Shown piece by piece: positions 56,831 to 64,000 of a stretch of DNA of 64,000 nt. Source of the stretch: a virus (Duplodnaviria > Caudoviricetes); the IMG/VR virus record IMGVR_UViG_3300033412_000476, positions 23,268-87,267 of that record. One strand, given 5' to 3'. A program made the position numbers and the translations under genes. The first letter of the stretch is position 1; every line of letters starts with the position of its first letter. The notes under the pieces are model-generated. The model worked only from the letters and a program-made list of their open reading frames with translations, had not been told where the DNA came from and searched no databases.

Positions 56831-58905
56831 AGCTTGACGAAACACCCACGAATACGAGATTGTGCGGTCGATTCGATGTCGACTGCGCGCAATCGACTGA
56901 AAACCGCCGCACGCGGGCTCGCCGGTGACCTACTGACCGTTTTTGCAGCTGTCGCGCTACTGCTCGGCCTGCTTCGAGCCTTCGACTGCCACGGCCGCAG
57001 CGACCTCTACGGACCCCCTTTGCCCGCTGCGCAGCACCCTGCGACGCGGTTGTTCGAGAGCCGAGCATGGTTAGGCTGGACCCGCGCGCGGACCGTAGCC
57101 CCAAAGTCGTGTCAGCGAACGCCTCGCCGCCAGAGTCGGCTCTAGCATCAGCTTTCGGAAAGGACCCTACGTATGCAGCTAACCTCTGATGTGAGTCTGC
57201 TCGCAGCAGGCGTCTTCGTGCTCGTGCTGATCTTGCTGGTACGCTGGTCCACAGCTCGAGCGATTACGCGCGACCTCACCACAATCGATCGCGTGGTGCA
57301 GCGTCAGCCCGAGCTCGAGGTGACGCGTAACGACGACGTCGAGCAGCAGATGATCGCCGACGCGTTGTGCTTCAACTGCATGTACTTCGAGCTCGAACGT
57401 GCGCAGGACGCGCTGCGGCGCAACGCCGGCTTCATGAAGATGACGACGATCCTCAGTCCGCACGAGCAGGGCAAGACTGCGAAGTATCGTGAGGACCCGT
57501 GCCCTGACTGCGCGCCTGATTCTAACGAACCCTGCGTGACGTGCTGCGGACAGCGCAGGATCGCGGTGCACATCGGCTACGAGTACAAAAACAGTTTTCC
57601 GATCGAAGCGAAGTGGGAAGACATGGGCTGGTGCACCAACGAGCGCCTGGACCAGGGCCGGCCGTACAACGAGAACATCATCTACGGCGGCAACGCGAAC
57701 TGTAACGGCAAGCTCTTCGAGCTCCGGCGCAAGAAGCCCAAACTGCGAGTCGCGTGATGAACGACACGCGCAAACGCAAGAGCACGCGCAAGGTCGCCAT
57801 CGACGCGGCGATCACGTCGCAAAAACTGTTTTCACTGACCGACGTCGATAAAGCCAAGGCCGTCGCGATCATGATGGCCGTCGAGTGCGCGCACGGGTGG
57901 ACGGCCAACGTCCGCGAGGATGAGCAGACTAAGAGCTACGCGCCGTTCATTCGCTCGTCCGCGGGCGATGCGCTCATTTTCATCCTCGAAGACGGCACCT
58001 ACTATGGCGTGTCGATCTTCGCGCAGGACAAGCCCAAGCTGCACGCGTTTCTCAACGTCGTTGCAACGAACATTGGCGTGCTCAGTTTCGGCGCGGCGCA
58101 GACCGAGCTCGCGGTGTTGACCAAGTCGCTCGCCGAGAAGTCTAAGAAAGCCGCAGAGTGAACTTCGAGATCGTCAGCTGGGACGGCCCGTTCATCCGAC
58201 TAGAATCGGGTCGGTCGTTTCACGCGAACAGGCTGTGGCTCTTTGCATTCGCTCGCTGGCCGTGGGCGAAACACGAGGTGCTGTGGTGAGTGACCCGAAG
58301 AACGAAACCGATATTCTTGCGCATCAGCAGAAGCCGATCGAGCAGCTCGACGCCGAGCACGCCAACGATGCGCCGGGCGGGTCGATCCCAGTCGTATGGA
58401 AAGACGGCTACACCGGGCAGAAGACGTCGGGCCGACCGCTCATCGCGCCGCCGAACGCAGAAGAGATCGGTGAGCTCGCTAGTGGGCGGGTCAACACTTG
58501 CGGACTGTGCAGGTTCTACAATCTCGCGGAGGGCCGAAAACAGATTGCAAAGCAGCGCATCGGCGAACGGCTCGTGCGAGAGGAGCAGTGGAAGCTGCAT
58601 CACCTGGGCGACATCGAGTCGCTGGCGATCTGCGATCAGCGCCCGAACATGATGGTCTCGTACGTCAGCAAGGCGTGTGAGCTGATTCAGCTGCGGAAGA
58701 AGCGATGATCTCACAAGAGGCGTGGGCGATTGGGTTCGGGCTGATGTCCGCCGACATCGTGATCCTGAGCTGCCAGCTCTACATGCTCAAGGCGAGCGGC
58801 TGGTACATCGTGACAGCAGTCGGCGGCGTGCTGGGCGCAGCGGCCGTCAGCAGCCTGTTCCTGCTAAAGGCTGTGCAGCTACACAAAAGGCGGCGACAAC
58901 CGTAG
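56828..58905 (+). CDS. hypothetical genes 56828..57145, 57173..57757 (TM, Cys-rich), 57754..58161, 58286..58708 (Cys-rich), 58705..58905 (TM)
   Basis: Coupled co-oriented ORFs; CxxCx(Y/F) motifs in two. Confidence 0.55.
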
Positions 58906-59010
58906 CTGCCCCGCCCCTGGCGTACCCCTAGAGAAGGATTTCTCGTTGGTGGATTTGTTGGTGGCAGACCCACAGTAGCCCGGGGCGGAGCCCCGGCTCA
59001 AGAGGCATCG

Positions 59011-59388
59011 TTGGAAAATACCTGTGCGGAAATCGTGTGGTTCATGCTCATCGCTGCGGGTGTGCTGTACGTTCTCACGCGATCGTTCGTGTTCTCACCG
59101 GTGAGAATGCTGATCTCGGGTGTGGGCGGGCGAGTCGTTCGTGCGTTGCTCTACTGCCCGGCTTGCACAGGATTTTGGGTGGGGCTGGCGTTTTGGTACT
59201 TGGGCTTGTGGCCTTGCTACATGGGCATCGGGCCGGTTGAGATTGCGGGGCCACTGCAGACGGCTCTTGCGACGTGTGGCCTTGGATCGGTATTGGGATC
59301 GATCTGGGGCTCGGAAGTGATCGCGCACGAAATCGAAGCGCTCGATCAGATCTATCAAGCAAAACAGCGCAACACTGCGCAAGGATGA
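59011..59388 (+). CDS. DUF1360-like membrane protein
   Basis: LTRSFVFSPVR...LLYCPACTGFWVG. Confidence 0.65.
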   Translation: MENTCAEIVWFMLIAAGVLYVLTRSFVFSPVRMLISGVGGRVVRALLYCPACTGFWVGLAFWYLGLWPCYMGIGPVEIAGPLQTALATCGLGSVLGSIWGSEVIAHEIEALDQIYQAKQRNTAQG

Positions 59389-59391
59389 GCC

Positions 59392-61086
59392 ATGGCTCGT
59401 CGAAAGGCACGTATGCATACACCCCCACAACCGACGCTCGCAGAACCACCGCTCGAGGAGCTTCGTAAGCTCGTGGACACCCATCCATGGGTGATCTGCT
59501 ACTTCAAGCGGCGCAACAATAAGGGTGGCATTGGCCAGCTGCAGTCGCAGTCGTTCCAGATCACGGATCTGCTCGACGACACGCTACTGAACTGGGTCAT
59601 CGAGGTTTACGGCGGTGGCGCGTACATCATCGAAGTTCGAGATCCGAACAATCCCACGCAGCACCTGTGTCCGCGGTTCTCGCTCAACATCGACAACGTG
59701 CCGCCCAAGGGCATGACCGCGGACGGTCGCAACATGGGTGCGCTTGCACCGGGTGCTCCGCCGATGTCATTCCAAGTGCACGCAGGCATGCGCGAAGGCT
59801 TGCCTGTTGGGCACTACCCGCTCGGGCAAGGACCCACCGCTGCAGCAACTGCGCCCAACCCGCGCGACTACGCAACGTTCACCTCGGACGTGCTTGCGGT
59901 GCAGCAGACGCAAGAGCTGCGAGAGGAGCTCAAGCGCACTCAGGCGGAGAACGCGCGCAGACAGCGTGCGCTCGAGCTGCAGCTCGAGAACGAGCGTAAG
60001 CAGCGTGAGGCCGATCGCGTGGCGCATGAGCGTGCGTTGCAAGAGCAACGCGATCGCGAGCTGCGTGAGCAGATTGCAGCCCTGCGTTCAGCTCCACCGC
60101 CCAAACCGGCGATCGACATGACTGCGATTATCACCATGGTCACGGCGGGCCTTGGTGCGCTGGTGCCGCTCTTCGTGGCGATGGTCAACGCCGGCAAGGA
60201 CCGGCAGCAGCTCGCGCTCGACGCGCAGAAGAGCGACTCTGAACGTCAGATGAATCTGTTTCTGCAGATGATAAAGCGCGACGACGGTGCGCAGCAAAAG
60301 CAGTTCATGGAGATGATGTTCAAGCTCATCGACGCGCAGAAGCAATCACCCGACAAGCTCGCCGAGGTGATCGCCACGATGAGCGAGAGCCAGATGCAGA
60401 CTCTGCACATGACTGCGCAGGTGATGCAGCAGCTAGCTCCGCCGGAGGACACACCCGGCATGCAGATCGTCAAGACGCTGCTCGAGGGCGCGCAGGACAT
60501 CTCCCGCGCCGTCATCACCGCGCAGCAGCCCCAGCGCGTGCAGGTTCGCGCGGTGCCGCCACAGCCGAGGACACAGGTCATCGACGCTGAGGCAACACCT
60601 GCGCAAGCAGCAGAGGCCGCTGGGCCAGAGCGCAAGCGACGTGTTGTTGAAGCGCCGCCCGGTCAGGCGAACGGCGTCAACGGGGAGACGCCGCCCCCGA
60701 TGACGCAACCGACGACGCCGGAGCAGCTCGCCAAGGTAGTCGTGGCTGATCCAACGTGGCCGGACGATATGAAGAACGGCGCTTGGCAGCGCATGATCGC
60801 CGCGCTGCACACCTCGCGTGACCCGCAAGAGGTCGGCGAGGAGATCGCGCGCACGCTGCAGGGGCTCAAGGACATTGGCGAGCTGACGCCGCTGCTGCAT
60901 CCGATGTTCGAGGACAATGGACCAGCTCCGAGCGCGCTCTTGCGGCCGATCTTCGATCGGCTGCCAATCGCTTCGCCGGAGTACACGGAGCACTACAACG
61001 CGGTTCTCGCAGTCATCGACGCGCAATACGTCGAAGACGAGCCACAGCAAGAGGACGTAGCGGGCGAAGAGCCTGCACTGCAGTGA
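59392..61086 (+). CDS. 564-aa Q/M-rich coiled-coil protein with central hydrophobic segment
   Basis: QELREELKRTQAENARRQRALE... coiled coil; AIITMVTAGLGALVPLFV segment; Pro-rich linkers. Confidence 0.65.
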   Translation: MARRKARMHTPPQPTLAEPPLEELRKLVDTHPWVICYFKRRNNKGGIGQLQSQSFQITDLLDDTLLNWVIEVYGGGAYIIEVRDPNNPTQHLCPRFSLNIDNVPPKGMTADGRNMGALAPGAPPMSFQVHAGMREGLPVGHYPLGQGPTAAATAPNPRDYATFTSDVLAVQQTQELREELKRTQAENARRQRALELQLENERKQREADRVAHERALQEQRDRELREQIAALRSAPPPKPAIDMTAIITMVTAGLGALVPLFVAMVNAGKDRQQLALDAQKSDSERQMNLFLQMIKRDDGAQQKQFMEMMFKLIDAQKQSPDKLAEVIATMSESQMQTLHMTAQVMQQLAPPEDTPGMQIVKTLLEGAQDISRAVITAQQPQRVQVRAVPPQPRTQVIDAEATPAQAAEAAGPERKRRVVEAPPGQANGVNGETPPPMTQPTTPEQLAKVVVADPTWPDDMKNGAWQRMIAALHTSRDPQEVGEEIARTLQGLKDIGELTPLLHPMFEDNGPAPSALLRPIFDRLPIASPEYTEHYNAVLAVIDAQYVEDEPQQEDVAGEEPALQ

Positions 61087-61147
61087 ATGGAGTTGCACCG
61101 CAGCACGTTCACAGCTGAACACGCTCGAAGATAGAAAGTGAGGGGTA

Positions 61148-61843
61148 ATGAAGTTTACGACACTATCACTAGCGTTCGTTCTACGCATGTGCTGCGGTGC
61201 ACCGCCAGCTGAACCGTACAAACCGTGTCCCACCGATGGTAGCGCGTGCAAGATTCTGTCACTCGGAGACTCGATCACAGCCGCCGGTGGGAACGGCAGC
61301 TACCGCGTGGGTCTCTTTCAGCACGCGCTCGACAACGGCTACGCGATCACCTTCGTGGGCTCTTGGTCAGCCGGGCCCGCGACGGTCGGAGGCGTACCGT
61401 TCCCGCCGCAGCACGAGGGCACCAACGGTGCTGAGATCGCAGACCTGATCGCGCGCGTGCCGGAGCCCGCGTTCGAGGACGGCGTCCCGGACGTCGTGAT
61501 GCTGCTAGCCGGCACGAACGACGTCGGGCGCAAAGACGACTTGGCCAACGCGCCCGCCCGCATGGGTCTGCTGATCGACAAGCTCGCAGCGAACGCACCT
61601 GACGCGCTGATCCTCGTCGCGCAGCTAATCCCGCTCCCGCAGAACGAGCCGGGCGTGTCCGACTACAATGCAGCGCTGCCTGCGGTTGTGGAAGATCGCG
61701 CGGCGGCAGGCGTCCACGTCGAGCTGGTCGACCTACACACGGGCTTCCCCGTGGATGGGCTCAGCGACGGTGTACACCCAAACGATCTCGGTTACGCCTT
61801 CATGGCCGACGTCTGGTACGCGGCGCTCGCTCCACACCTTTGA
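61148..61843 (+). CDS. SGNH/GDSL hydrolase with signal-like N-terminus
   Basis: LGDSIT (block I), GTND (block III), DGVHP (block V). Confidence 0.9.
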   Translation: MKFTTLSLAFVLRMCCGAPPAEPYKPCPTDGSACKILSLGDSITAAGGNGSYRVGLFQHALDNGYAITFVGSWSAGPATVGGVPFPPQHEGTNGAEIADLIARVPEPAFEDGVPDVVMLLAGTNDVGRKDDLANAPARMGLLIDKLAANAPDALILVAQLIPLPQNEPGVSDYNAALPAVVEDRAAAGVHVELVDLHTGFPVDGLSDGVHPNDLGYAFMADVWYAALAPHL

Positions 61844-61849
61844 GGTCAC

Positions 61850-62236
61850 ATGCCCGCGCGTAAGCCACCGGAAGAGATTCATTGTGCTAGCTGTCACGCG
61901 CCCAAGCGGGGGCACAAGGGCGATCTCTGCCCGGACGGCAGCGGCCGCAGCTACCGCAGCGATCGTCGGCAGAATCGTGCAAGCCTCAGTCTGTCGCGTA
62001 AGCAGATTGAGGTCTGGGAGACCCTACTAGGGATGGTACGTTGTGGGGCAGACATACGCGTTCTGGCGCGTACACAGCGTGTGACGTTGGGTGAGATTGC
62101 TGTGCTCGTCTACAACGCGAAGAGCGGTATGGAGGCACGCGCTGCAGATGGCGATGTGACGTCGAACGCATCAGACGAAGAGAAATCGTCCGATGCGTAT
62201 TCGACCGGTCTTGACGGCGAACACGCACGCGCATAG
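61850..62236 (+). CDS. hypothetical protein with N-terminal Cys/His motif
   Basis: CASC..GHKGDLC. Confidence 0.5.
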   Translation: MPARKPPEEIHCASCHAPKRGHKGDLCPDGSGRSYRSDRRQNRASLSLSRKQIEVWETLLGMVRCGADIRVLARTQRVTLGEIAVLVYNAKSGMEARAADGDVTSNASDEEKSSDAYSTGLDGEHARA

Positions 62237-62295
62237 CGTCGGTCTCCGGTTGGTACGGCGGGCTCAATAGAGGCTCACGTGACCAGTCTTCACCG

Positions 62296-63987
62296 ATGCT
62301 CAACTGTCGAGCGATTAGCCCATCGAGGGGCTGGTTGCGCGTGTTCTTTCCAAAGGATGCCGCGCGCGACTTCTACACACACTGCGTTCGCGCAGATGTC
62401 GCTGCGATCGCAGGCGTTCGGCTTTGCGACGACTGGATCGACGTCCCCTACACCGCGTGGATGCTCGACGACGTCGTTGCGCTGCTCGACGAGTTTGAGG
62501 TCAAGCTACCTTCGCCGCTCGATTCGCGACTGCTCACTGTGGAGTTGCCGCAGGTCGAGCGTGAGCTCTACGCCTATCAAGTCGAAGGCATCAACTTCCT
62601 ACTCGACTATCCCGGCGCGCTGCTGACGGACGAGATGGGATTAGGCAAGACCGCGCAGGCGGCCGTTGCAGCCGAGGCCACGCGGCGCTGCTACGAGCGA
62701 CCAGCGGTGATCGTCGGCACGCTCGTCGTACAGCAGACCTGGCGCCGTGAGCTGCAGGCGCTCGGCTTTGTCGCAAGCCCTGACGACTACTGCGCGCTCG
62801 CGAGCACGAACATCGATCACGCGAGCTTTCGTAAGGATGCGAAGTGGTACTTCGTCCACTACGAGATCGTGAAGGCGTGGTGGTCGATGCTTCACAGCGT
62901 GCGGCCGTGTGTGGCGATCATCGACGAGGCCCACTACGTCAAGAACAGCAAGACGAGGCGCAGCAACGGCGCTGCGCTTGCGATGACCGGTACGGCGAAG
63001 CGGATTTTGCTCACAGGCACGCCGCTCGAGAATCGTCCAAGCGACTTGTGGTACCTCCTGACGCTCGCGTGCGGACCTAAGACGTGGGGCACGTTCACGG
63101 AGTTTCGACTGCGCTACTGCGGCGCGGTGCACAACGGATACACGCACGTCGACATGGGTCCGACAAATGTCGCCGAGCTTCGCGAGCGGCTGAAGTGCTG
63201 CTTTCTTCGGCGCACGACAGCCGATGCAGGTATTGAACTGCCGGAGTTCACGCGCAGCACCCAGTACTGCGACATGGGCGAGTACAAAGAAGCGTACGAC
63301 GAGCTGGTTACGGATCTCGAGCTCTACGCGCTGGGTTCGCTCGATCAGCTGGTGCGCGCGATTTCTGAAGGTTTAGTAGAAAAGGTTCTTCCGGAGCTGA
63401 CGCGGCTGCGACAACTGACCTCGCGTGCGAAGGTGCCAGCGACACGCGAGTACGTCGCAAACGCGCTCGAACAGGGCGAGGCCGTCGTCGTCTTCACTTG
63501 GGAGCGCGAGACCGCTGCGCAGATCTTCAATCACAAGCCGCTCGGTCGCTACCACAAGTTCTTGGCACACGGCGGCGTGCCGCAAAAGACGCGTGACGAG
63601 TACATCGACGAGTTTCAGGCGACCAAGGAACCCGCGGTGATGGTCACGACCTACGGCGCCATGCGCGAGGGCGTGACGCTGCACAGAGCGCGAATCTGCG
63701 TGATGCATGATCTCGAATGGTTTCTCACGGCGATGCTGCAAGCCGAGAAGCGTGTGCATCGGCTTGGTCAACAGCGAAACTGTCAGTCGGTGTGGATGCT
63801 CGCGAGGCAATCCATGGACACGCTCATCGCGCCGATCCTGCTGCGTAAGGCGGAGCTGATGCACGAGATCCTTGGCATTCGCCACGACATCTCGAGCGAC
63901 ATTGGTCTGACCGAGCTCGCCGGCCGCAAGGGTGCAGACGCTTTGGTCGCGCAAGCTTTCGCAGCCTGGGACGGAAACATCACATGA
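62296..63987 (+). CDS. SNF2-family (SF2) helicase
   Basis: LLTDEMGLGKT, IIDEAH, LLTGTPLEN, FLRRT, REGVTL, QAEKRVHRLGQ. Confidence 0.93.
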   Translation: MLNCRAISPSRGWLRVFFPKDAARDFYTHCVRADVAAIAGVRLCDDWIDVPYTAWMLDDVVALLDEFEVKLPSPLDSRLLTVELPQVERELYAYQVEGINFLLDYPGALLTDEMGLGKTAQAAVAAEATRRCYERPAVIVGTLVVQQTWRRELQALGFVASPDDYCALASTNIDHASFRKDAKWYFVHYEIVKAWWSMLHSVRPCVAIIDEAHYVKNSKTRRSNGAALAMTGTAKRILLTGTPLENRPSDLWYLLTLACGPKTWGTFTEFRLRYCGAVHNGYTHVDMGPTNVAELRERLKCCFLRRTTADAGIELPEFTRSTQYCDMGEYKEAYDELVTDLELYALGSLDQLVRAISEGLVEKVLPELTRLRQLTSRAKVPATREYVANALEQGEAVVVFTWERETAAQIFNHKPLGRYHKFLAHGGVPQKTRDEYIDEFQATKEPAVMVTTYGAMREGVTLHRARICVMHDLEWFLTAMLQAEKRVHRLGQQRNCQSVWMLARQSMDTLIAPILLRKAELMHEILGIRHDISSDIGLTELAGRKGADALVAQAFAAWDGNIT

Positions 63988-64000
63988 CCATCGACGGCCT

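Larger units (their letters stand above)
1..64000. mobile_element. segment of a large tailless (jelly-roll capsid) prokaryotic virus or provirus
   Basis: No host core genes; virion, replication and lysogeny-type modules; extends beyond both window edges. Confidence 0.65.

Noticed and set aside
56616-57104. Short ORFs 56616..56831, 56677..56892 and 56727..57104 in the AT-rich region
   Set aside because: Atypical composition, no RBS or motifs; region is better explained as non-coding
1-64000. Firm host assignment (e.g. Myxococcota) from GC content, ECF-like promoters and SGNH style
   Set aside because: Suggestive only; needs homology or CRISPR-spacer matching that I cannot run

Overview
The whole 64 kb window reads as one GC-rich (roughly two-thirds GC by eye), gene-dense virus or provirus genome segment. 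I see no host housekeeping genes, rRNA, tRNA or CRISPR array. There are four transcription blocks. (1) <1-11.9 kb, minus strand: small early-type genes, a TOPRIM protein, a DNA methyltransferase and a UvrD-like helicase. (2) 12.1-22.4 kb, plus strand: small genes, a JAB/RadC protein, a degenerate RecA, a J-domain protein, Dam methylase and a tyrosine recombinase. (3) 22.5-56 kb, mostly minus strand: a virion module at 22.5-41 kb, then ParB, MazG-like, SLOG and HNH genes, a transglutaminase-like protease and a DUF3987 helicase. (4) 56.8-64 kb, plus strand: membrane and coiled-coil proteins, an SGNH hydrolase and a SNF2 helicase. The virion module shows no recognisable HK97 capsid, portal, terminase or tail genes. 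It has three tandem paralogous ~230-250 aa proteins resembling single jelly-roll major capsid proteins, two internally duplicated double-jelly-roll-like proteins, spike-like proteins, many C-terminally anchored membrane proteins and protamine-like basic proteins. This suggests an unusually large tailless, membrane-containing jelly-roll virus. The packaging ATPase is not seen in the window. The early arms are punctuated by 14 copies of an ECF-sigma-like promoter motif (TGAAT-N16/17-CGTCTAA), most followed by a conserved GGAA-loop hairpin. All family assignments come from motif recognition by eye and need HMM or structure confirmation.
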